DNA from: Hemiscyllium ocellatum
Taxonomy: Eukaryota
Direction: 5' to 3'
Assembly: GCF_020745735.1 (NCBI RefSeq)
Contig: NC_083408.1
Span: 64,138,484-64,202,483 of the forward strand
Length of the DNA: 64,000 nucleotides
Shown here: positions 11,701 to 23,429 of the stretch, piece by piece
Numbering within the stretch: the first letter of the stretch is position 1
Layout of the letters: the number at the start of each line of letters is the position of its first letter
The notes under the pieces: model-generated
Seen by the model: the letters and a program-made list of their open reading frames with translations, nothing else
Told to the model about the DNA's origin: nothing
The model's database searches: none
Position numbers and translations under genes: made by a program

Positions 11701-14700
11701 CAAAAGTATTATATTTTTAAATCAACTTGTTCAGAAATAGCACTACACACATCTGGAACAAATGGGCTTGAACCCAGCCCTCCTGGCTGAAAGATGGGAC
11801 ACTAACACTGTGACATAACAGCTCTCACAGGTCAGTGGTCAAGTGAAGTCCCAGTTCATGCCGACTATCTGAATATAATTCAACACAATTTATAGATTAT
11901 CAATACACTATGGTTTTTAAAATTGATACAGATGTACACAAGATGGAGCTCTAACTTGTCTGAAATGTATGGCAATTTGTAAATTAACATAACTATTAAG
12001 TGAGTAAATCAATTTTACTCTTTATTGAAAATCATATACTTACAAAGGGAATACAGCTTCCTGTGTACAGTGCAATGTATTGATGTAATCTGGACTCGGA
12101 TTATAAAGCATTGTATACCAGTCTGACAGCATCTTCACTCGGCAGGATCGGATTTTCAGTTGCCCAATTGGATCATTCACCAATAATGTAACAATAGCTG
12201 CAACAGTACATTCCAATAATGCTGTCACATGCTGAAAAAGTGCACTGGAACTATAGGGAAAAAGAAAATCTGATTCATTAAGATGAACTTTGTATCTTTA
12301 AAATAATGACAACAGATTTTATTTCAAGGTATAACGAAATGCAAATAAAAGACAAAATAAGAGGCTGCTCTGATTAAGATTCAGAAAAATTCGAAGAAAC
12401 TTAAACTTATGAAGGAATGCAAATGAGCAATTAGAAATTAGCTATTTTCAGTGACTGAGGTGGTTCTAGATCTTGGAACAATAGATGTAGAGTGCAATAG
12501 CAGCAACCCAACATAAAACAAGAGAAGGATCAGAGGGAAAATGAGACAAGTGCCCGTACCACCAATCTGTTTACATACATCTCAAATTCTACTCTATCCT
12601 TCTTATAGTTCATAATATTTCCAACTTTTGAAATTGTGCCCTGTACACAAAGTTCTAGGTTATTTATATATGACAACTATTGCTGGAAAACATGATTAAA
12701 ATAGTTAGGTGATTGTTTTTGACAAGCACCTAAAATGAACCAAAGGGCCTTTTTCTGTTTTGTCAACCTCTATGAACAGCAAGGGTTCTAATACTGAATA
12801 GAGAATTCTACTGTAAATCTACTTTCATTCCAACAAATAACTACTGATAAACAAAAACAAACAGAAACTTAAAGAAACAAAAAGAAACGTAGCAGGTCAG
12901 GCAGCATCTGTGGACAGGAAAGAAAAGGAGTTAATGTTTTGAGTCCAGTGACCTGTCGTTAGAACTAAATGAACTAAAAACCAGGTGCAGAGGAATAATT
13001 GGAGTCTGTGCCCAGAGAGAGGGAGGGCTTGGAAAAGAAAGTTTCATTGGAACGGTGAAGCACGTCAGAGGCAGAAATGTTGACAAAGGAACAGGTGGTG
13101 GGCCCCCGATCTAAGGAAGATGTGCCATCATTGGAGGAAGTCCAGAGGTGGCTTAGATTAGATTACTTACCGTGTAGAAACAGGGCCTTCGGCCCAACAA
13201 GTCCACACTGACCCGCCGAAGTGCAACCCACCCAGACCCATTCCTCTTCATTTACCCCTTCACCTAACACTACAGGCAATTTAGCATGGCCAATTCACCT
13301 AACCTGCACATTTTTAGATTGTGGGAGGAAACCGGACCACCCAGAGGAATCCCACGCAGAGACAGGGAGAATGTGCAAACTCCACACAGAGGAACAGATG
13401 GGAATTGAACCCGGGTCTCTGGCGCTGTGAGGCAGCAGTGCTAACCACTGTGCCAACGTGCCGCCCATTTACAAAAATGACTATGGGCATGAAGGGCTTG
13501 TCATAGGAGGACAGGTTGAGTACTTTGGGTCTGTGCTCAATGGTGCTTAGGAGGAGGAGGAAGGATCTCATTGAAACTTACCAAAACACTGAGGCGTGGA
13601 TAGAGTGGATGTCGAGAATATGTTTCTACTTGAAAAGACGAGGACCCGAGAGCACAGTCTCAGAGTGAAGGGACCACCCTTTAGAATTGAGATGAGGAAG
13701 AATTTCTACAGCCAATGGGTGGTTACTTTGTGGAACTCCTCGCCACAAAAGGAAATAGTGGCAAGTAATTGAGTGCATTTAAGATCGAGATAGATAGGTT
13801 CTTGATTAATAGCGGAATCAAGGGTTACAGGGGAAAGACAGGAGAATTGCATTATTAGCCACGATTGAATGGCAGAGCAGACTCAATGGGCCTTAAGGGC
13901 ACTATGGATCAACGTACAGCACCTGGACTGCAGTGATTCAAAAAAAACAGCTCACCTCCACCTTCTCAAGGGCAACTAGGGACAGGCAATAAATGCTGGC
14001 CAGCCATCAAAATCCATATCCCATCAGTTTTCTTTTTAAAAGCTGCCAGTGATTGAGGAACTCAAATCACAGTATCCAATGTGATATATAAATCAACATT
14101 TGGACAGCAGTTGACGAATATGCTAAGATGACAACTAATTTAACATTGTTAGTCAGCTTGCAATGGGGTGCATTTGTGCATTTTGGAAAATGCATATCTT
14201 AATACACAGGACCTTGTTCTTTGTAGACAGAAAGAACAAGTACACATATGGCTGCTGCTGCAACAAAAACAAGTGAAAACCAATCTATGGTTCATTTCTC
14301 AGAGCAAGACCTAAACCAGAGTTAACCTGCATGACTTAAAATTTAAACAAAGCTTGGAAGTTAACTATGAGTCATCTTCTAACGTAATTCTGCACAGCAA
14401 TGCCTCTACTCATTAAAATCTACTTGTTAATTGATTAGCACCCTCAGAGCATAAAATGTTGTTTACCCTTTACATTGGTGTTTCTTACAAATTATCCTGG
14501 TATGTACAAGATGAAAGACTTCAAGAAAATGTTTCTCAACTATAAACAGAACTAAGATTATTCAGTTGCATTTCACATGGACTCCTTGCAGCAACCAAAG
14601 ATGACTTTCACATCCTCAGTCTCTACTAATTCATTTCCTACCAGGGTAAACTCAACATTTAACCTACTGTGACATCTTCACATGTAAAAGTCAATACCAA

Positions 14701-17700
14701 GTAACACCACCATTTACACTTATTGTTCTAAAATAACACTAACCTTTTCTTCCCTGAATACCATTCGATAAAGAACCAATGCAAAATCAGAGGCAGCATT
14801 GCCATGAAGCCTAAGTACAACCAATCGTAGAGTTCCGGTGAATCCTCACATTTTCGACAAATCCTCAGTTCATCTGTTCTTTCCCCTCTTGGGCATACCT
14901 ACAGAGCAGTTGTTTTAAGATAAATGAAAAAGAATCTTCTCATTACCAATTTACATTAAATGTTTGTGTGTCACGTTTTTCCAGAATAAACTCATGGAAA
15001 TATATTTGCAAAACCATTTCTATTAAAACTAGCTCCTAACTGTTAGAATTTGGAGTATTGCTGGGCTTCTTGCTGAGATATTTGTATCATTGATAGTCAC
15101 AGGTGAGGTACCGGAAGACTGGAGGTTGGCTAACATGGTGTCACTATTTCAGAAAGGTGGTAAGTAAAAACCAAAGAACTATAGACGAGTGAACCTGACA
15201 TCAGTGGTGGGCAAGTTGTTGGAGGGAATCCTAAGGTACAGGATTTACATATATTTGGAAAGGCATGACTGATTAGGAATAGTCAGCATGCCTTGTGTGT
15301 GAGAAATCATGTCTCGTGAACCTCATTGAAGTTTTTGAAGAAGTTACAAAGACGATTGATGAGGGGAGAGCAGCAGACATGATCAGTAAGGTTCTTCATG
15401 GGAAACTGGTTAGCAGGGTTAGAGCACATGGAATACAGGGAGAAATAGCCATTTGGATACAGAACTGGCTCAAAGGTAGAAGACAGAGGGTGGTGGTGGA
15501 GGGTTGCTTTTCAGACTGGAGGCCTGTGACCTGTAATGGGCCACAAGGATCAGTGCTGGGTCCACTGCTTTTCGTCATTTATATAAATAATTTGGATGTG
15601 AACATAGTGGGTATAGTTAGTAAGTTTGCAAGTGACACACAAATTGGAGGACAGAGTAGAATGGGATCTTGATCAGATGGGCCAATGGGCTGAGGAGTGG
15701 TAGGTGGAGTTTAATTTAGATAAATGCAAGGAAAAACATTTTGGAAAAACAAATCAGAGCAGGACTTATACTTTGGTAAGGTCCTGGGGAGTGTTGCTGA
15801 ACAAAGAGACCTTGGAGTGCAGGTTCATAGTTCTTTGAAAGTAGAGTTGCAGGTAGATAAGATAGTGAAGGCTGTGTTTGATATTAGATTAGATTAGATT
15901 AGATTAGATTCCCTACAGTGTGGATACAGGCCCTTCGGCTAACCAGTCCACACCGACCCTCTGAAGAGTAACCCACCCAGACCCATTTCCCTCTGACTAA
16001 CTGACCTAACACTATGGGGCAATTTAGCATGGCCAATTCACCTGATCTGCACATCTTTGGACTGAGAGAGGAAAGCAGAGCACCTGGAGGAAACCCACCG
16101 GACACAGGGAGAACATGCAAACTCCACAGACAGTCACCCGAGGCTGGAATCGAACCTGGTACCCTGGTGCTGTGAGGCAGCAGTGCTAACCATTGAGCCA
16201 CTGTGCCAGTCAGAGTATTGAGTACAGGAGTTGGGAGATCATGGTGCAGCTGTACAGGACACTGATAAGGCCACTGTTGGAATATTGAATGCAATTCTGA
16301 TCTCCTTCCTATCGGAAGGATGTTGTGAAACTTGAAAGGGTTCAAAAAAGATTTACAAGGATGTTACCAGGGTTGAAGAATTTAAGTTATAGGAAGAGGC
16401 TGAATAAGCTGGGACTGTTTTCTCTGGAGCACCGGAGGCTGAGGGATGAAATTACAGAGGTTTAGAAAATCATGAGGGGCATGGATAGGATAAATAGACA
16501 AGGTCTTTTTCCCTGGGGTGGCGGAGTCCAGAACTAGAGGGCATAGGTTTAGGGTGAGAGGCGTAAAGATATAAAAAAAGGACCTAAGGAGCAACTTTTT
16601 CACGCAGAGGGTAGTGCATGTATGGAATGAGCTGCCAGAGGAAGTGGTGGAGACTGGTACAATTACAACATTTGGATGGGTATATGAATAGGAAGGGCTT
16701 AGAGGAATATGGATTAGTGGTGCTGGAAGAGCACAGCAGTTCAGGCAGCTCCGAGGAGCAGTAAAATCGACGTTTCAGGCAAAAGCCCTTCATCAGGAAT
16801 AAAGGCAGAGAGCCTGAAGCGTGGAGAGATAAGTTAGAGGGGAGTGGTGGGTGGGGAGAAAGTAGCATAGAGTACAATAGGTGAGTGGGGGAGGGGATGA
16901 AGGTGATAGGTCAGGGGCTGGGGGAGGGTGGAGTGGATAGGTGGAAAAGGAGCTAGGCAGGTCGGACAAGTCATGGGGACAGTGCTGAGCTAGAAGTTTG
17001 GAACTAGGGTGAGATGGGGGAAAGGGAAATGGGGAAACTGTTGAAGTCCACATTGATGCCCTGGGGTTGAAGAGCTTCAGGGCAGAGGAAATGACCTGGG
17101 AGTTGCAGTAGGAGAGGGACTCCCTGAGATTCTTGTAGAGAGAGGAGGAAATATGGGCCAAGTGCTGGCAAATGGGTCTAGATTAGGTTAGGATATTTGG
17201 TCAGCATGGATGAGTTGGATGAAGAGTCTGTTTCCGTGCTGTACAACCCTGCGACTCTGAGTCATTAACCCCTTCAAAATCAATTTCTGAAATAATTTGA
17301 TGATCTATTTTCTTTAATTACAAGCAAGATTTCATGCATGGTGCTAACATCTAAGCAATCATATCAAAGTACAACAGAATTATTAGTACTCCTGAGCATG
17401 CCTCAAGTACTCTATTGCCAGTCAATGCAACACCACAATAATCTGTACTCAAGGAATCTTTCTTTGCATATCAAAAGGAATTGATTTAATGCGATCATTA
17501 CCTATTATGTGAACTGTCCAATTACAAAAGATATTATTTACCATTCAGCCCATTAGTCAGGTCAGGCCATCAAGATTTCTAATTACCTTTGTGAAACTCT
17601 CTAGTCAGCTTGGAAACATTTCAATAGCAGTTCCTGGCCAATACAAAGAAAGCTTTGGTACTCAGCTATTTTGACTTAGCCCTACCAATTACGTCATTCT

Positions 17701-20700
17701 TAGATTCTTCTAAAGTGCTTATCTTTTAGTTATTATGTCACGGTCTAGCTTTTTGAGAGTTTTGTCAATTTCAGAAGTTTGCTTCTTTACAATTTGGCTA
17801 ATAGAAGTCCAAAACACATTCAACGTCATACGAACCCGACAGCTGTTTTCACCCAGTGTATACTACATGAAGGTATAAAATAGTTCTGCACAAGATTACA
17901 TTCAAAGAAGTGTATTTAAGTTAGTTTTCATTGAAATGCAAGAAAACGAAGGATTTGCTAGATGATTTGAAGGAGAAAAACACAATTTGGGAAATAAGAT
18001 CAAGATGAGAGTGGCATGTCTAAAAACAACCTGTATTTCTTTATGAATTCAAACTATAAATCTATTTCAACTAAAATCACAGCACCTTAATGCTTGTAGT
18101 TTGAATCCAGAAGCAAATCAATGGCAGTTTATTCAGTGACTTGCATCAGGATGATCATTTTTCATTCAAATTATGGAGTCAACAAGTCTGCTTCGAACAT
18201 ATAAATACACTCCTTCAAGTACACAAGATTAAACAGTGAATAAATTAATAATTATTCAATCTTTTTATCTATAATTAAAACAAATGCCGCAGCACCATAT
18301 AATGAATTTAGTTTACAGATAGCAGTCATTAGCTCTATACTTTGATAAATCCAACTTGCAAATGCTAATTGCAAAATTAAGAAAACACTGCCTCCAGAGA
18401 GATAGTCAGCGGTCACACAACACCATGTTATATTCCACCAGGTTTATTTGAAATGACAAGCTTTTCGGAGCATGCTGCTTCATAGATTTCACCCGAAAAA
18501 GAGCAGTGCTCCGAAAACTTGCGATTTCAAATAAACCTATTGAACTATAATCTAGTATCATGTGACTTATATCCTCATCCACCCCAGTCCAACACTGGCA
18601 TTGCCACATCATTCTAGAGTCCTATGAGCAAATTTGTAAATAGAAGACCCAGACACATTTAGAATGAAATACAGACCTGACTGTATGATCAACACAAAGG
18701 AGCTACGATTACCTGGCATTGGATTATCCGAATATCAGACTGTCTGGCAAGTTTGCAAGGTCCCAACACTTGGCTAAACTTATCTGGCATTCAATTAACC
18801 AAACGAAATACTCCCTGCCCGTATCCTTTAGATAATCAAGCTTCCTCTGTATATGTTTCACATACTAAACATAATCACAAAAGTTGTTCAATATTAATGA
18901 ATATACAAATACTGGATTTTTTTAAATTGCTTGAATAACAGCTATCACCTAAGCCCTTGTGTAAACCTGTGATCTCTAAGGGCTAATTGCACCTTTAATC
19001 ATTGTCAGTTTTACTCTACACAAGAAATGAAAAACGTACAAAACCACTTACCCCACATTCTCCAAACTGTGGATGGCTGTCATTTCTGTTTTCTATTGTT
19101 GACCTCCCACAGTATAATCCAGGGCACATTAAATTAACATCTGAAATTAATAACATTCTTAACAAGTTTCCCAAGCATTAAACTAATTTTAATGCAATTA
19201 TAATGTAAATATTTGAATGATAATTACTATAAACCATTTAAAACTGACTAGATATCAAAGCATTGAAGAATATGACATAATTTAACCCTAACAAAACCAA
19301 ATGGAAAATAATTCCAATGGTGAATTCACATCAGGTACAATAAAAGGTAGTTGTGAGTCACAGAACTCTCATTACAGTCATGGTAATCTTGCCAAAAATT
19401 TGTAATGGAAGTGTTTGTGGCCCAAGCAACTACAATTACTTCATCAAAGATCAAGATTGGAGTTGTTTGCTGAGGTTTCCAGAATATTTAATTAAATTCT
19501 TGAAGCATCCCATGCCCGTCTGCTTTAGGACCTACTGAAAATTCAGGCTTGGACTTAGAAACAATAGCTAACATTTTGCAGGCAATAGCCATTTCAAAGT
19601 ACTCAAGCACCTTTCCTTGACTTTTATTGAGACTTCTAACATAGATCATCATTGATCAGAAGTTGAACAGGAGCAGCAATATTAATAATTGTTACCACTG
19701 ATCCACAGGCAAGGTTCCCAAATTCATTATGATTCCAGGTGAGACTGCCAATTCATTATAATCCTGAATGATTCAAACCCTATCCTCCACACTTCAGTTG
19801 GTCAAACCAAGGTTAACTTAACACAGGAATCCTTTAAACAAACAAACCAGAAATTACTAGGGAAGCTTAGCAAGTCTGGCAAAATCTATGGAGAGAAAAC
19901 AGTTAGCATTGAGTCCAGCAACCCTTCTATTCTTACTTGAAGTTGTTTGACAGCCCCCCGGTGTGACATTCCACGATCCGATTGGAATGGGTTATAATTT
20001 ACACAGGAATTTTAAAGTCACTGAATTTATATTCTGAGAATTTACATTCCCCATCATCTTTGCCTGATGCCTTTTCCTTTTACTCAAGATTTCAACATGT
20101 CTGGTTATGTTTGGTCTGGACAAGTCAAAATGAATAACTCACTCCAAAACCATTAAACTATCATCTCCATTTAGAAGAATGAAGTCAAGTGTGTGATTGA
20201 ATTCCAGCCACTTATTCAGATGGATACACCTGCAATAACTTGTATGTGTGTTGCACGTTTAATGGTAAAGTGCTACAAAGGAAGATGATCAAACAAGTTG
20301 TTAAATTGAGACATACGAGAAGTTTTACAGGCTCGTGACTGTAATTAGCAGTTCAAAGAAGGTTCAATATGCTGAATCCTCGGGTGAAGGGAGTGTCTTA
20401 AACGAAAAGGTTGAAGTTTAGAAGACAGAGTGATTTTACAGAAATTTGTAAGTTTGTTTTTGTGATTGTTAGTGTAGATACTGAGAGGATGTTTTATCTG
20501 TGGGAAATCTAAAACTTGGAGCACAGATTAAAAATCAGGGGTCTCCACTTTAAAACAAAAATGAGGATACATTTCTCTTCTCAGTTTTAGTCTTTGGAAT
20601 TATTTTAGAGACTCAAATACTGAATACATTCAAGGCTGAGTTGCAATGAAATTGTATCAAAGGGATTCAAGGGTTATGGGAGGTCGGCAAAAAAGTGGTG

Positions 20701-23307
20701 TTAAGGCCACAACGAGATAATTCATGATCTTACTTAATGGCACAGAAGGGGCCAAGTAGCCTATGCCTCCTGATTAATTTATCTAATGAGAATTTAAGAG
20801 AAGTGATCATAAAAGTAAGATTTAATTAGCATCTTAAAGTGAGGGAAAGCAGTGGAAAAGTTCATTTAAACAACATTTTATTCATTCAGAAACTGAGAGT
20901 TGCTAGATAGGCCAGAACGTTTTGCCCATTCCCAGTTACCCTTGAGAAAATTGTAGCAAGTTAACTTTGTGAACTACTGCAGTCTATTTGGTTTACGTAC
21001 ACACACAATGCTCTACCACACCAAAATGCCAATACTTGGATCCTAGGCAACAGAAGAAAATTAAGAATGGGATACAAGTCAGAACTGGAGTACACAGACT
21101 GCAGAGGATTGAAGGGGTGTAGAAGGTTACAGAGGTTTAGAGATTAAGAACAAGGAAGATTTGAAAATGGTTAAGATTTACAACAGACGCTGTAGGATCA
21201 GAAGCCAATGAGTAAGGAGTGCAGTAACTTGTGTACAGAACTCGGTAGTTAGGAAAAAAAGGCAAGTTTAACAAGAATGCAAGGTAGGAGACTAGCCATA
21301 AGATATGTACATTGTGAATGCAGAAGTTAAAAAGTGATGGATGAGAGTTTCAGTAGTAGTTGCAGTGATGCAGGGTCAAAGACAGGGTATGTGATGAAGA
21401 AAGACTAGTCAGTGAAGTATGCAGTGAGGATGTGAATGCTTAGCTCAGGGATAGCAAGGATGCCAGCTGTCTGGTTCAACTTCAAAATCCAAGGTGTCAA
21501 AAACTGTGCACATTATGAGACCTTTAGGTAATAACTACTCCCTTTCCAACATTTGAATGGAGGCAATTCTGCCTATTCAATTCTGAATATCACGTAAGTA
21601 TTACCAATCATAGAGAGGTTAAGATCAATTTGTGAAAGCTTCAAGATCATCCTAGGATAAAGTAATTAGACTGATTAACATTTCTGATACTTGGCCTAAT
21701 ATAATCCCTTTCATCACCAACTATTGCGTGTATGCCTAAAATGTACATAACTCAATGCATCCACCCAAACTCACTGTGAAACTTCCCACTTTGCAAACTC
21801 TGTTTCAGGAGGACAAGAGTCATTGTTCAAATATACCAAGCCAGATTGATAGAGGTGGTAAAAGTGAAACACAAACTTTATTAACTAAAACAATTTAAAT
21901 AAATGCATACGTGAGAATAGCAGACAGTGATGTATTGATGGGTATTACAAAATAGTAATGTTCTGTTACGTTGTCTTTACAAAGGAGAATTATTCAATAA
22001 CCATTATCAATATAGGTTAATTAGATTTAATGTGACTGCTATTGCAGTTCTATTTCAAGTCTAAAGCCTTTTTCAATGAGCTACATTTAATGTTGACGAC
22101 TTTTGAGTAATCACCGAAATACTGCCAGTTCTTACTGCCAATATTACAATAGAAGGCATCATAAATCATTTCGTAGACTCGATGGACCTAATGGCCTTAC
22201 TTCCACTCCTTTGTCTTATGGTCTTATTTACTCACGTATTAACTGATCATTTATTTCCTGAATCAGTTAATATGTTTTACAACAATTTGAATTCATATAA
22301 CAGCCTTAATAAATTAAATCACTTTGCTTCCAATCAGAACATTCACAAAGTTCTATTCCCGCCTCAGGTGACTGACTGTGTGGAGTTTGCATGTTCTCCC
22401 CAATGTTTGCGTGGGTTTCCTCCCACACTCCAAAAATGTGCAGGTCAGGTGAATTGGCTATGTTAGATTGCCCGTAGTGTCAGGTAAATGTAGGGGAATG
22501 GATCTGGATGGGTTGCACTTTGGCGGGCCGAAGGGCCTGTTTCCACACTAAGTAATCTAATCTAATTATTTGTAAGCAATGTTTGGGAGAAATTCATATA
22601 AATGCAATTATCTTCAGTTCACAACTATCATAAAATCACTAGTATCTAAATAAAAGCAAAAATAACAGGAAAATAGAATGTGTATTTTTTTTAAATTCAT
22701 TATTCCACTAAGGGCTTTTCAACAAGGCTAACAGAAAGTTGCATGCAATCATACAAGCAAAAGTTATGACCAGGTTCCAACAGAGTTTTGAAAACTGAGT
22801 CATGAGGAGATATGCAGTGACTTTTTGTGGCTCCCAATGGCTCAGAAATAGTTCAATTTTAAGACCAACACGGTACAGAATTACTTTGGCGTGTTTAAAG
22901 ATTTAAAGAAAGCAACTTATTGATGTATCTTTATCTAAATACATGGTAAAGATGCATTAAAGGCCTTGTATGACCAGTAGCCAGTGGGTAACATTAATAT
23001 TTTTATAAGCTCTGAATGATTAGGCAGTTGTTAGTCACACCCTTGAGTAAAAGAAAATGTGTTGAGGGTGGGGGGATAGTTTGGTTTACATTGGGCAATA
23101 GAGACAGCCTAGTATTTTCTGATACATTGCTGAAAAGGTGCAAGAGCAATATTGTGGATGACTTAAACGCCTTACCACCACCCACCCAACACACACACAC
23201 ACACACACACACAGATAGAAACACAATAGTGAGGACGACTAGGTCCCTTACCCCACCCCCCAACACACTCACACACAATATTGAGGAGGACGAGATCCCT
23301 TACCCAT
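2790..23307 (-). CDS. JKAMP: JNK1/MAPK8-associated membrane protein (JAMP), complete, 310 aa
   Basis: Coding exons in transcript order: 23304-23307 (ATGG), 19052-19140, 14744-14898, 12044-12250, 7845-8026, 3666-3742, 2790-3008. All junctions are GT-AG and phase-compatible (933 nt). The protein MDVNLMCPGLYCGR...GECGVCPRGE...LYDWLYLGFMAMLPL...LSDWYTMLYNPSPDY...KKIACGLGKSDRFKSIYAALYFFPILTVLQAVGGGLLYYAFPY...EPSRILSEGGNGH* matches vertebrate JKAMP. Confidence 0.97.
3284..3550 (-). mobile_element. CR1 LINE 3' end fragment
   Basis: Closely similar to the 3' end of the CR1 at 59943-60200 (ATAGAGATGTACAGCATGGAAACAGACCCTTC...). Confidence 0.8.
4325..5240 (+). mobile_element. Penelope-like element remnant (GIY-YIG endonuclease fragment and terminal repeat)
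   Basis: Translates GCTEAQYICKIKQRLRQRMNGHRTTINRQE, a degenerate YIGxTxxxLxxRxxxH GIY-YIG motif. The terminal segment AAAATCACACAACACCAGGTTATAGTCC recurs at ~18415 and ~54896 and contains a hammerhead-like core. Confidence 0.65.
4375..4408 (-). ncRNA. Minimal hammerhead ribozyme motif, second family
   Basis: Minus strand reads CAC-CUGAUGA-A-GGAGC-AGC-GCUCU-GAAA-GC-UA, with palindromic AGCU stem III. Confidence 0.45.
5834..7227 (+). mobile_element. 5'-truncated CR1 LINE (RT C-terminus and 3' UTR), interrupted by an insertion at ~6278-6743
   Basis: KFADDTKIGG, WKMEFN, RDLGMQVH and YRSWEV peptides; CR1 sequence resumes after ~6743. Confidence 0.9.
6278..6743. mobile_element. Palindromic Penelope-derived element nested in a CR1
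   Basis: Inverted arms of ~150 bp (6285-6440 vs 6550-6697), each with a decayed CTGATGA-stem-GAAACGTC hammerhead core. Confidence 0.6.
9185..11010 (-). mobile_element. Young 5'-truncated CR1 LINE with a nearly intact RT domain
   Basis: ORFs 10478-10924 and 9258-10649 (one frameshift between them) encode [39 protein letters not shown] and FADDTK. The 3' tail is (TTCTATG)n at 9185-9204. Confidence 0.95.
13153..13466 (-). mobile_element. HE1-type tRNA-derived SINE inserted in a decayed CR1 fragment (~13100-13900, +)
   Basis: tRNA-like head (GGCACAGTGGTTAGCACTGCTGCCTCACAGCGCCAGAGACCCGGGTTCAATTCC), CR1-like 3' end and (AATCT)n tail. Confidence 0.85.
15883..16207 (-). mobile_element. HE1-type SINE nested in a CR1
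   Basis: Same head and body as 13153-13466, with a long (AGATT)n tail. Confidence 0.85.
16712..17150 (-). mobile_element. Penelope-like element 3' fragment nested in a CR1
   Basis: Matches 57785-57952. Contains a pyrimidine-rich tract and a hammerhead core, and is flanked by an imperfect duplication (GAGGAATATGG / GAGGAAATATGG). Confidence 0.65.
16765..16800 (-). ncRNA. Minimal type-I hammerhead ribozyme motif (Penelope-associated)
   Basis: Minus strand reads AUUC-CUGAUGA-A-GGGC-UUUU-GCCU-GAAA-CG-UC-GAUU: conserved core boxes, stem II hairpin, palindromic ACGU stem III and a GUC cleavage triplet. Confidence 0.55.
18693..18851. mobile_element. Second, more diverged copy of the same MITE family
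   Basis: Shares internal sequence (CAAGGTCCCAA...CTTGGCTAAAC...GCATTC..TTAA..GAAATAC) and the right TIR GATAATCAAGCTTCCTCTGTA with 2050-2191. Confidence 0.6.
22358..22565 (+). mobile_element. 5'-truncated HE1-type SINE
   Basis: GTGGAGTTTGCATGTTCTCCCC...GAAGGGCCTGTTTCCACAC...AATCTAATCTAAT. Confidence 0.75.
23188..23213 (+). repeat. (CA)n microsatellite
   Basis: About 12 CA units in JKAMP intron 1. Confidence 0.9.
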
Positions 23308-23429
23308 GTTTATTTCCAGCAGCAGCCACTTCCATCCCAATGTGACGACACTTCCGCCTCCGTGTCCCGTACACTTCCGGTTGGGGTGGGTCTAACTGTG
23401 GACCCGCCCCCTGTCCTCCCCAGGTTGGG
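23308..23429. promoter_or_regulatory. Bidirectional promoter shared by JKAMP and L3HYPDH, at the edge of a CpG island (~23340-23960)
   Basis: Divergent ATGs at 23307 (-) and 23430 (+). ETS/GABP-type cores ACTTCCG (23350-23356) and ACTTCCGG (23373-23380), GC box CCCGCCCC (23403-23410). CpG-rich DNA continues through L3HYPDH exon 1 in an otherwise AT-rich, CpG-poor window. Confidence 0.75.

Larger units (their letters stand above)
15062..17260 (+). mobile_element. CR1 LINE fragment with two nested insertions
   Basis: RT peptides (KSCLVNLIE, WIQNWL, PQGSVLGPLLF) and a CR1 3' UTR, interrupted at ~15883-16207 and ~16712-17150. Confidence 0.9.

Noticed and set aside
13395-13466. tRNA-like sequences here and at ~16140, ~31375 and ~50680
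   Set aside because: They are SINE heads continuous with SINE bodies, not tRNA genes.
15883-15910. (AGATT)n and similar short periodic arrays
   Set aside because: Microsatellite tails of SINEs/LINEs; no CRISPR-like repeat-spacer structure was seen anywhere in the window.
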